DNA of 64,000 bases. It comes from the human T2T-CHM13v2.0 reference genome, Homo sapiens. Location: assembly GCF_009914755.1 (NCBI RefSeq), contig NC_060936.1, one strand, 5' to 3'. The translations under genes were made by a program, and so were the position numbers. Shown here piece after piece: positions 14,017-29,504 of this stretch (positions are counted from its first letter, which is position 1; every line of letters starts with the position of its first letter). Under the pieces are notes generated by a model, which had not been told where the DNA came from, made no database searches, and saw only the letters and a list, made by a program, of their open reading frames with translations.

Positions 14017-16494
14017 GAAAACATGAATAATGGGGAAAAATATTAAAATTTTTTAAAAATGTAATTATTATTATTGTGTATTAACTACTGCCAGCATGTA
14101 TGGAATATATTCCGTAGCTTGATGTTGATTCAGAAAGGCTTTTTGAGGAAAAAAAAGATCTTCCAGAGAAACAAAGTATTTTAAGGAATTCTATGTAAGA
14201 ATGTAACATGTTGGAGAATCAGAATGAAATAAACTCAGATCAAATTAAAAAAACACAAAGCCTAGTTAAAAAAAATTCGGAATCTCCTCTTCTCACCCTG
14301 TCTTATGGAGAGTTCAGGCAAATAATCACAGTTTTATTCCATTTGTGGAAAATAACTACTCACCAAGAATAGATATACATTGAAAAATAAGATGACTTAT
14401 CTTTAATTATTTAAAGTAAATATTGTACTATATTAATAATAACCTTAATGCTACAACTAAACTCAGGAAAGAGAGAATATAGGAAAAAGAGAGGGAGAGG
14501 GAGAAATGCAGGTGAATATTATGGACAAATAGAAGTGGCCAAAAGTCACTTCTGATTTATGCCAGAGTCCAGAAGTCGGGTCTTTTACCTGTATTTGAAT
14601 AAACCCATTATGCTTAATTAAATGTTTCATAGAAATATTTGACGTACAATTACCTCATCTAGGCTGCTGCATAAGTCAATATTCTTCATATTCTGCATTT
14701 GAAAATGGAGTTCATGTCAGGCTCACATTTTTAGCATCCTGAGCCATTAAACAATCTATCTAACTTGAGACAGAGTTTTTAGAAAATAAGTACCTTGTCT
14801 GTCTTTATACCACATTATTTCAGTGGTCAGGATCCCTTAATTAGTTTTTATGAAGAAATACATGCCACATAATGTGAGTGATGTTTCATTATTATCCAAA
14901 GTTTCCTACTGTAATTTGAGTTGTCATCCAAAAAAATTATAAAATAAAATAAAATTTCTTCGTTCTTAAAAAAGTACAACTTCTTACACTCTTATTTACA
15001 GAATTGAATGGCCCTCAAATTATTTGAAGCTTAATTAACTTCAGTTGCTAAAATATGAGCTTCAATTCTGAAAGCTTACGCCCTTGAAGAAAAACTTTGC
15101 CATATTCGTTATATTGCCCACAGGATTATAAAACAAATTTGCTTTTGGGTTCATGCTTAGTTATAAATTTGGAACCATTTTCATGCTTACTAGTGCCATA
15201 TATTTTCCATAGTCTACAAATCAGAAAAATATTTAAGGGAAAAGAGTCAAAATAATTAAGAGTAATTTGGATTTAAAAATATCATCATTAAATCATAAAA
15301 TAAGAACTCTGACTTTTATTTAATTATGCTCCAACAATAGAAATCTACTTAAAGTGGAAAAGAATGTAGAATATGATCTTTAAATATTTATATTATCTCT
15401 ATGTTACATTTTTTGCCTGAGAAGTTTAGAGCATTAAATGTTATTTTGATTTTTGTCAATTAATTGAAATATAAAAATAAATGTTTCAGAAAAAAATCAA
15501 GTTGTTGATTTTTAATAGAGCCAATATGAAATTTTTAAAAATTTCATCTTTAGAGTTCTAAAATAATTAAGTAATCTAGAGCATCAGCTTCATATGGAAA
15601 ACAGTCTTTGTCTCTTTTGTTCACTAATGTATCCCCAGTACTTAAAAGGCTGTTCATAAAAGACTAAGCCATCGATAAATATTTTTACCATAGTCTGAAC
15701 TAAAGCCACCACATACTCAACAAAATTTGCAATAAATTGTCATTCATCTCCCTGATTCTTGGACATCAATGCTCCAATGTTTATTCATTCTTATCAAGCT
15801 TATGTAAATAAAATATTATTAATTGAAAATCATATTAAAATATAATAGACATTTTGGAATAATTGTTTTTAAATTTTTTCCATTTTTTTCTTTTTATATG
15901 AAATATCAGATATTCAAAATATAGTATTTACAGTATCCATTCCATAGTCCATTCAAATTACTTCTCAATTCTGTTTTAAGTTCTAGTTGTTGTATTAAAG
16001 AATAATAGGTTTATAATTACTTCAGCAGTTTATATTGTTTCCGAAAATTGAAATTTCAAAAGATAAAGGTATTTGGATTTTGCCTTTATGAAAGCAACAT
16101 ATTTGAACTTTTTATTTAACACTTTTTGCTTCTGGCTTAGGTTTACACCTGGCATTTATTCCCTCTGATGCCAAGAAAATAGGAGATCTGATTATTTAGT
16201 GAATGTTGCTTTTTTAAACAAAATGACATTTAATCTAAGGAGTCTGGTTCCTCCAGGTTTTGTTCAGTTTCAGAATAAAGATATTCAGGTGAGAATAAAC
16301 CTCAAATTGAAAGCGAAAGCAGTCCTTTGAAAAATGCGTGTTTAAAAAGTATACCCTTTGTGATCATTGATATTTAATGCAGAAACTCTATGTAGTACTG
16401 TGTAAGCCCAATTTATTCATCTCAGTACTTATAATCCCACTGCCAGACCGGAGTTCCAGACAACAGAAAGTGAGTGCATGTTTTATCATTACTT

Positions 16495-17570
16495 TTTAAA
16501 AAACATTTTATTGAGGTCTCATTGACATACAAAAAGCTATACATATTTAATATATACAGCTCTATGAGTTTGGAAATTAAGTCTATACTTGTAAAAGCAT
16601 CACTATACTATAATTCATAACATAAACTTATCCATGACCTTCAAAAATTTCCTCCTACCTTCTTATTTATTTTGTTTCTATGTGTGTGTGTGTTTAACAA
16701 GAATGCTTAAGATCTACACTTAGTAAATTTTTAAGTATACAATACAGTATTGTTAACTATAGGAACTATGCTGTAAAGTAAATCACTAGGACTTGTTCAT
16801 CTTGTACAGCCAAAACTCTGTACTCTCTGTAATCTTTGTCTAATACCTCCTCATTTCCCCCTTTGACATAGCTTTTGGCAACTATTCTACTCTACTTCTA
16901 TGAGTTTGGCTATCTTAGATTCATCATATAAATTATACCACGTAGCATTTGTCCAGTGTCTGGCTTGTTTCACTTACAATAGTGTCCTCTAGGTTCATTC
17001 ATGTTGTTGCCTATGATAGGATTTCCTTTCACAAAGCTGAATAATATCCGTGTGTGTGTGTGTGTGTGTGTGTAATTTTTTTTTATCCATTCATTTATCA
17101 ATGGACAAGTAGGTTGTTGTCATATCTTGGTTATTGTGAAAAATGCTATAGTAAGCATGGGAATTCAGATACCTCTCTGACCTCCTGATTTCAACTCTTT
17201 TGCATATCTATACTCAGAGATGGGATTGCCGGATCATATGGTAGTTTTATTTTTATTCTGTTTGAAGAAACTCCATACTGTTTTTTATAGTAGCTGTACC
17301 AATTCACATTCCCACCAACAGTGTACAAGAGTTCCCTTTCATACACATCCTTGCCAGTACTTATCTTTTTTTTTTAAAGTAGCCATCATAACAGGTGTGA
17401 GATGATATCTCATTGCATTTTTATTTGCATTTCCCTGGTGATTACTGATTCTGGGTATCTTTTCATATACTTGTTGGACATCTGCATATTTTCTTTGGAG
17501 AAATGTTCATTTATTTATTTTTCTCATTTTTAAATTGGGTTTTTTTTGTTGACTTGTAGCTTCTTACATA
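16495..17570 (-). mobile_element. Old L1 (L1MA/L1MB) 3' fragment containing (TG)n at 17050-17072
   Basis: Antisense L1 3' UTR/ORF2-end motifs (cattcccaccaacagtgtacaagagttccc; aggtgtgagatgatatctcattg). Confidence 0.8.
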
Positions 17571-18001
17571 TTTTTAGTATGAAAATTTTAATATGATAAA
17601 TGTGAAGAGAGAGCTTTATAATGAAATTATTTCATTTCTCACAGTATTCCATTTTTCCACTGTCAACAAGTTTGCTTTTTGTTTTTTGTTTGTTTCTTTG
17701 TTTGTTTATTCATAGTGTTGAGAGGTTTTTGTCTTTAATTATCCATGTATGTGAATATTCTGGAGAAAGTGCTAAAGAAATGTATTTCATATAAGTTTAT
17801 TCAGTCACAAATACAAACATTCACTTCTGTGTGGTTTCTTTGTAGGATATGATCATTATTCACATTTGTTAATTAAACTGATAATGTTCAAAAACAAGAT
17901 GTATGTATCTTGGACAGCTACATGGTGTTTTTAAGCTACATGATATTTTAAGCCAATTATTTTGACTTGGGCTACTTTTTTTTTCTTGCTGTTTTTAAGC
18001 A

Positions 18002-20781
<2,780 letters not shown>

Positions 20782-22107
20782 TTATGTTGTTTTTCTTCTC
20801 TCTTGAAAAAATTACTACGGAGGTTGTTTCAAAGAAGGTATCTTGACCCAAGATTTTATTGGAGATATTTTGAGACCATTGAAAAAAACTGTATCTCCCT
20901 TATCTGATTATAGTTTCATCAATTCCTAATGCCAAACTCTGGGGCTACCTCGAATGGTAAGTCACTTACAAACTGCCAAGTAATAAGCCCAAACAAGAAG
21001 TTGTCAGATAACATCCCTGGACAACTGCAAGTAACTTTAGTGTATCTACCTACGGACTTTCAAATAAATGCTCTCCTCCTAATTCTACCAGCTCCTATTC
21101 TGTACTTTACTTTTCCTGGGGGAAAAAAAAAAGCAAATTTTGGTGATTATTTTGAAAATAAGTATTATTTGAATTTATTTTTCCCTTTGGTCTCTAGATG
21201 AAAAGAATTGTCTTAGCCATTCCCAATAGTTCACAGTTCTTATTTATTTTATTTTGCACATTTGTCAGCATCAATACCCCCCATATCTGTTTCCTACATA
21301 GACATATTCTGTATGTCTAATTTTTCTAATATTTTCTAATATTTAATATTTGACCAGGAAAATATTGTATACATAGAAAACACAGGACCATCTTGTGTGT
21401 GCTTAAATTGTGTTATATATCTCATTCTTTCTTCGATTATTCCCTTGTCATAATGTTTTTAAGACTTGTTTATACGGTTATATGATATCCTGTTTGCTAT
21501 TATGTTTCTATTGCTTTATAGTAATGCATATTTCACTTTTCAACTGAACTAGAAATGCAAACTTAGGTTGCTTCCATTTCTTTGATAATTAAATTCCATT
21601 TCTTTGGAAATTTCTTTCCAAAATTAGTGTTAAAATGTGTGATTTTCTTTGCGTTCCATAGCTGGGTGTGACTGTAGAGTACATGTACACTTACTTTCAC
21701 TAGGTAGGGCAAGATTTTCCTGTATAATAGCTGTATTCATTTACGCTCCTACTGGAAACACAGGCTTTCCAAATTTCACCATGCTTGGAAACACTATGAC
21801 CTGTTAGGTTTACCAACCAATCAGAATAAACTGGCATTACATTGTCATTTTAATTTGTACATTTCTGATGAGGTTATAGGAACCGTTTCATTTGCTTATT
21901 ACTCATTCATGTTTCTCTTTTTATGAATTACCACTTTTGCCCATTTTTTCAATAGAAATTTCTGGGTGTTGTCTGTGTGCACATGTGTAGGCATTTGCAT
22001 ATTTTCTTGACAATTTTTAGAATTTAAAAGTGATTATTTCAAAGAAGGAACTATTTGTTACACTTTACCAAAGGTGTCATTTTTTAAACTGAAATCTTTA
22101 ATTTTAA

Positions 22108-22444
<337 letters not shown>

Positions 22445-22727
22445 TACATTTTTTATTTGTTCAGAATTATGCCTTTCAAAGTAAGTTTTTGATTCAGTCA
22501 GAATTCGACAGTAGTCAAACTAATTATTTCATAAAATTAGTCAATTTCCCTATTTTATTTCCTATTAAAGAGTCCATTTTCCGTACACATTTCTAAGTTT
22601 ATTCTATTCCACTAGTATATATGTCTGTTCTGTCATAAATATGACACTGTATCTTTGACCTATATTTTAGTTTGTCTAGAATGAGTTCCCTGATTTGGTC
22701 TTCTTTTTCAAAATTGACACAGCTATT

Positions 22728-23089
22728 TGCTCTAGACTAAATGCCTGTGTCCTCCCCAAATTCATGTGTTACATCCTAATCCCCAATGAAATGGTATTTG
22801 AAGGTAGATTTGGTAGGTGATTGAATAATAAGAGTAGAGACTTTATGAATGAAATTTGTGCCCTTGTAAAAGAGGCTTCAGAGAGCTCCTTTGCCCCTTC
22901 CACTAAGTGAGAACCAAAGAGATAATGGCCATCTATGAACAAGGAAATGGGTCCTCACGAAACACAGAATTTGCCATCACGTTTATTTTGGACTTCCTAG
23001 CCTCCCGAACTGTGAGAAATAAATATCTGTTGTTTATAAGCTACCCAGTCTATGATATTCTGTGATAGCAGTTCAAATGAACTAATATA
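22728..23089 (+). mobile_element. MLT1A0-like MaLR solo LTR
   Basis: Resembles recalled MLT1A0 (ttggacttcctagcctcccgaactgtgagaaataaa); near-TSD ctatt/ttatt. Confidence 0.8.
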
Positions 23090-25110
23090 TTATTCAAGAA
23101 TATTTTATACTTTTATATAAATTTTAGCCTATGATTATAAAATTGTTCAAAAATTCTGTTAAGATCATATTTAGATTATAAAAACTAACTTATTAAGAAT
23201 CAATATGCTTATAGTAAGTTATTTCATCCATTGAGATTTTCTCTGTGGGCATGAAGAGATCTACATTTATCTATGTATTACTTTGTGTCTTTCAATAGAG
23301 TTTTAATTTTATTTCCATAAATTTTTCCTACATCTTTACTTGGGCTAATGCATAAATTATTTTTAATTTTTGTTATTTGTGAATGATGTATTTTCCTACG
23401 AAATTGTCTGGTTGATTATTTGTTGTGTAAGGGGCATTATTAATTTTTGTAAGTTAATTATGACAAATTAATTTTTTATCCAAAAGCTTTGTAAACTATT
23501 TTATTAGTGCCAATAGAGTTTCAGGTGATCTGTGGGGTTGATCAAACAATCTGCAAAAAGATGACAGTATTTTTCTCCTTTCTTGTCCATATACCTAATT
23601 TTTTTCCTTTCCTATAAATTTTGTTAAAACACTTAATAAAATGTTGAAGAGTAATGGTGTTGAGGTACATGTCTGGTCATATTAATCTTAAACAGAACAT
23701 AAATATTTCTTTCTACATTTCCTGTTGTTAGGTGTTTGGTACTATGGCTTTTGATATGCTATGGAAGCTCCCCTCTATCTGTAGCTTCCTAAAGTATTTT
23801 TTTCTTTTGTAGTCTTAACTAGATATTAATTTTATCACTTATTTTTCTAATTCTATTGAAATAGTTCATTGTTTTCCTTCCATTAATACAGTAAATCGAT
23901 ACATTTTCTGTTGTGGAACAACACTTGCATTTCTGGAATAAATTCTAATTGATCATAATAAACTATTCTAAATAGTTTTTTTATTTTTGCATGCGTCATC
24001 ACTTAAATGATCCAATTTTTCCTTTTTTGTACTTTTGTTTTCCAATTGGAATTAAAATTACATTAACTTCATAAAACTAAGTTGAACACTTCCATTTCTG
24101 TATTCTGCAACTGTATATAGATAAATAACCTTAAATGTGGAAGAACTCATTAATAAAATTCATTTGTTCTATGACATTTTATTGAGGAGAAGGGTCGTAC
24201 TCTAATCATTATTTGAGTTTATTTACTAGGTTATGATCTATTCAAGTTTTCCATTTTTTTCTGTAACACTTTTGGCATTTTACCTATAAATTTCCCACCA
24301 GTTTAACCATTTCTCTTGGATTTTCAAATTTTATAATTGTTTATAATATTATTTTACTATCTTACAAATACTGTTGTGCCTGTAGTTAGTCATTTCTTTT
24401 TCATTCTGGATTTTCTCTCTTTCTAAATTGCTTCTATTTTTGTTGAGTGGTCACCTGATAATGGTCTAATTACTAATATTTTTAAAGAACCACTTAGTCA
24501 AATTTTTTCCTTTCCACTCTTTCTTGCTCTATATTTAATATACTCAAAACTATAAATCTTTCTCTAAGCCGGATTTTTCTGTATCACACAAGTTTTTACA
24601 TACAGAGTTTTCATTGTCATGCATTGTAATTTCTAATTTGTCTTACGAAAACCCCTTTCACACAAAAATATTTGGTAGTATACTTTTTAGTTTCCAGATG
24701 TATTAGATTTTAAGTAATTCTCTTGTTACCATTTATTTCATTGTGTTATAATCAAAGGAGATACTTTCTGATGTTTATGTTTTTTATTCATTGTTTCTTT
24801 TACCAGAATATGACATTTCTATTTGCATGTTATGAAATTTTTAAAGTAATCATAAATTCATTATCTGGAATTAAAATTGCTAATACATTTTCCTTTCATT
24901 TAGTATTTGCCTGAAATACTTTTTTCTATGCCTTTGTGTTCAAACTTTTGTTATTCACTCCTTTCAAGTGGGTTTCAGACTTTTATTGTTTTATAAAGAA
25001 TTTTTTAGGTTGATTGTTGTTCTATGAGTTATTATTAGTCATCTTATTTTAATTTTCCATCTGTCTCCCTTCTTAGTTATTTTACATACCTTTATGCTTC
25101 CCCTTTTTAT

Positions 25111-25375
25111 TTTCTTCTTCTTCTTTTTTTTTTTTTTTTTTGAGATGGAGTCTCGCTCTGTCACCCAGGCTGGAGTGCAGTGGCACCGTCTCGGCTCGCT
25201 GCACTCCACCTCCCGGGGTTCACACCATTCTCTTGCCTCAGCCTCCCTAGTAGCTGGGACTACAGGCGCCTGTCACCACGCCCAGCTAATTTTTGTATTT
25301 TTAGTAGAGATGGGGTTTCACCATTTTAGCCAGGATGGTCTCGATCTCCTGACCTTGTGATCCGCCCACCTTGCC
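25111..25375 (-). mobile_element. AluY-like, 5'-truncated
   Basis: (TTC)n/poly-T tail; AluY-type diagnostics (ggttcacaccattctc, agccaggatggtctcgatctcc); first ~45 bp missing. Confidence 0.9.
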
Positions 25376-28334
25376 ATAATTTCTTTCTGATCTGGAGGTT
25401 ACACCTGATAAATTTTATTTATCTTGTGGTTATTCTTAACTTTCTACAGCTGTGTAGGCATGCATATATAATCTATTCCTGTAAATTTCTTCAGCTTGAC
25501 ATATTCGTATCTTCATCCAGAACAAAGAGATGCCTTGGCGCATTTTGTAATTTCCTAGTCTCCACAAAGTCCCTGACTCTCTACCCTCTCATCATAGTGT
25601 TTAATCTATAAGTCTAGCTTAAATTGTTTCATATAGAAAAGTAGGTATGTAGATAGATGGCAGATGTATAGATACATATGCAGATATGCAGAATATTAAT
25701 AAACAGATATGTAGATGAATTTAATCAATGTCATATGCAATATTCCTGAGTTCATTTTATAATGTTTGAGTACTTCCTCCAAAAATGTCCTGAAAGTCTT
25801 TAGATGATAAACTCTTCAAGGCCTTGCTGCTAAAAATATTTGTAATTTAACTCTTATACTTAGGTGAGTTGGTTCAAAACTCCTTTTCTTCAAAATTTAA
25901 AAAATGTTACTTTATTTTTTTTTTTGCAGTCAAACATGCTAATGAAAAAATCAATGTGGTTTTGATTATTTATTTTAGATGAGCTGCTCTTCCTCTCTAG
26001 AAGTTTTTAGTAGATGTATTTCCCCTGTCTTTGAGTTTGAAATTCTCTGGGCCATTTCAGTCTGATACCTAATGTGTCTTTATTTCTGAGACATCCGAGT
26101 CATTACTTACTTAAATATTTTCATCTCTCATTTTTTTCTCCCAAAGAGACTCTCAAAATTGTTGAGAATTCTACTTTTATTCTAAAATTTCTTATTTTTT
26201 AACCTGTATTCCTCATTTCCTTATTGCTTTTGGTACGATGTAGAAAAATTACTAACCTTCATCTTCAAACCTATTAATTTTTTGGTGTATTCGCTATGCT
26301 ATACAAAAATATCTAGTATCTCCAACCCACCTTTAATACTTTTCCTACCCAGAGTCTCTCGTGGATGTGTGTGTGCACGAGCTACAAGGCAGCGGCAGGA
26401 CCACTGTACTTGCAATAGAGGTTGGGCACGTCCCTGGATTTGGGCCTGACGGGGAATCATTTCAGGCTCCACCCTTGACCAGGAGCTCTCTCCCATCTAT
26501 TCCTCAAGTTCAGATGGAGAAGAGTTGGAGGAAGGGGAATATTCAGAAGGTGGTGCATCTGCTTGAATCTCTTTTCATATTTTTGCTTCTCAGGAAGCCT
26601 CTATCTCTACCCTGCCCTTGTTCCTTTATCACAGGCCAGTACCAACAGGCACTGCTGTTTTCTGCCTCTCATTTGCAGTGGGACAGGCAGGGATCTCTTA
26701 GGGGAAAGACAATGACCATCCAGTAAGCTTTGCTTCCTAGCAGACCTTCCATTTATGGCCTCTTTGATTGTCGATTTATCCTCCCATCAATGCCAAAATA
26801 GCTTCTTTCTCTGCAGATGTTTCAAATGGTCTATATTAGATATTAGGCTTAACAATACTCTTCTCTTTGCTTTCGTGGAATCCTTGGCACTGCGATTGGA
26901 AAAAGGAGGTGACAGACTATCGGTTTTTTGGGAGGGTTTTGCCACCTTTTCAGAAGTGACAGCTGGAGTTAACTTCTCTGAGTCTCTTTTTTCTCCTTAT
27001 TCACTTTTATCATCTCTCTATAAAGGGAGTAAGAGGTTTTCAGACTTCCAATTGTGGTTTGGAATAATTGAAATTAAATTTTCAGAGAAACAGCATTGCT
27101 TGGGCTGAAGCTTAGACATGTGTGTAAGATCAGAAGGGATGTTGCATGCATCACTCAGTAATTGTTCAGTATTTTAAAACTTTGATGGGTATACTGATGT
27201 GAAGCTGGAGAAGATTAGGAATAGGATGAGGCTCAGATAAATAATAATTTTCAGGGATGGTTTTGTATGTATAACTGGTAAAATAATATTTTGACATGAC
27301 TGATTTCATGAGGCTGAGACAAAATTGCTACATTTAAATGCCATAATTCTAATGAAGCAAATCTTAAATATTAACGTGACTCATTTGTTTATTGCCTACT
27401 GTAAGCTAAGCACTACAATATGCTTCTGCTTCTCAGACAGGAAAGTGTTTTCATATACATTGCCCTGTCTGATTCTTCAATTTCATGGCTTACTGAAGGA
27501 CCCAGGTCTTCTGATTCCACAATCTTAACACTTTCTACCAGACACTAGCTGTTATTCCCTGAGCAGAGTTAACCCTGAATATAATTAATGATATAAGTTA
27601 AACATCTGCCTCTTTATTTCCAGTGCCCTCATTCTGATTCTCAGCTGTGCAGGGATCCCCTCTGAATAAAACTTCCATGGAAATGCCATGTCCACAAACT
27701 TTGACATTCATGGCCTCATGAATCCTCACCTCTGCCCCATTCACCCAATGTCTTACTGGGCGACTGCTCAGCTAATTGGATTTGAAAATAATTTTACACA
27801 GTTACAGATTAATTTGCCTCTCCTCTCAAAGGGTATTTAGATAATTATCAGCAACCTCCAGTGCCTTAACTGAATGAATAATGTGGTAACTTCCAGCCCT
27901 GTGGCAGGGTTAGGGGAGAAATGTTTTTAATCACGGTGTGTGGGAGTGGCAAGAACTGGGCTTGACTGAACTGAATTGCACTGTGTCAGCAGCTCTGCCC
28001 ACACAGCCCACACAACAGGTTACACTCTCTCTGAGTAATCAACCTACAGTCACGGTATTTAGAGACTCGAGATTCAATTTCAAAAGATAAACAAATATCA
28101 ACACTATTAGGACCACTGAAAACCAGGCAAATTTATACACATATTATTTATGTACATACGATATTTATAAAGCACATTATTATGAAATTTAATTTTATCC
28201 AAGGAGTATTTTAAAGGCATGTTAGTAACCTGATTTGCTCCTATGCTGTATAGCCATATTACATGAGAAGAATTAGGTCAAGTAATTAGATCAACTAACA
28301 TCATGATTTTGAGGTTGTTTTTTTTTTTCCATGA

Positions 28335-28833
28335 AGTTCTTAACTATGGCTTAAAATGCTGCATATAATCTATATCCCAGCTTATTCCCAGCCTTCTTCG
28401 TGTTCACTCAGCTCCAGCTGCACTTGCTCCTTGCTGTTCTTTGATTACACCAACTGTGCTTTGGCATTTCTATCCCTTCACACTGAAATACTCTTCAGCC
28501 AGATTTCTTCTAGAGCCACACGTTCCTTGACCATCCCATATATCATGACAATCATACTATCCACTTCCTATCCCCACATCCCTGTTTATTTTATATCCTT
28601 TATTACCATCTGACATAGTACTTATGTATTTTGTTTCTTTCCCCATTACAATGTGAATTCCATGACAGCAAGGATTTTGTCTGGTTAGTTAAACTAGTAT
28701 AACTAGTTTATTGAGTCCTCAATAAGTAAAATTGATTCCTCCATCATTTTCCTAGTCTAACAAACTAGGAAACTACTTTGTTAAACTAAGAAAAAAGATT
28801 GAGGACTTAATAACTACTTGTTAATGAATAAAG
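28335..28833 (+). mobile_element. L2 3' end with a rearranged insert at ~28686-28812
   Basis: L2 3' motifs (cactcagctccagc; aatgtgaattccatgacagcaaggattttgtct; ttgttaatgaataaa). Confidence 0.7.
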
Positions 28834-29098
28834 CAGTAGAAAATTGTTGTGCCATATATATAGGTACATAGGAATCATATAATTTTGAAATAATTCCATA
28901 TCAACGAAAATAGAAAAATGTTTATGAAAACGCCTTAAAGTACATAATGTTTTATATAAATAAAGGCATTATTAATTTTTTCTAGTTGCTGACACTTTGT
29001 ATAGTTTCTAATTATGATTTTTAATAGTCCAAGGCTGTGTAGGACTGACTTTTTAATCATCTGAATAATTTATATTTGAAAATATTTGGATATATAAG

Positions 29099-29460
29099 TG
29101 TGATGGTTAATACTGAGTGTCAACTTGATTGGACTGAAGGATGCACAGTATTGATCCTGGCTGTGTCTCTGAGGGTGTTGCCAAAGGAGATTAATATTTG
29201 AGTCAGTGTGCTAGGAAAGGCAGACCCCCCCTTAATCTGGGTAGGCACAATCTAATCAGCTGCCAGCATGGCTAGAATATATGCAGGCAGAAAAAATGTG
29301 AAAAGAGTGACTGGCCTAGCCTCCCAGCCTATATCTTTCTCCCATGCTGGATGCTTCCTGCCCTTGCAGATGGCCTGTTTTGGGTCCTTGTGATCATGTG
29401 AGTTAATACTTAATAAACTCCCTATTAGTTTTGTCCCTCTAGAGAACCCTGACTAATACA
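29099..29460 (+). repeat. MLT2A1 5' LTR (362 bp; two internal deletions relative to the 3' LTR)
   Basis: tgtgatggttaatactgagtgtcaacttg...ccctgactaataca; direct repeat of 37385-37824. Confidence 0.92.
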
Positions 29461-29465
29461 GATTT

Positions 29466-29483
29466 TGGTGCCAGGAGTGGTTC
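29466..29483 (+). promoter_or_regulatory. Primer-binding site, tRNA-Leu type
   Basis: TGGTGCCAGGAGTGGTTC just after the 5' LTR; resembles the complement of a tRNA-Leu 3' end, as expected for ERV-L. Confidence 0.7.
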
Positions 29484-29504
29484 TAGAGGAACAGAATATT
29501 AAGG

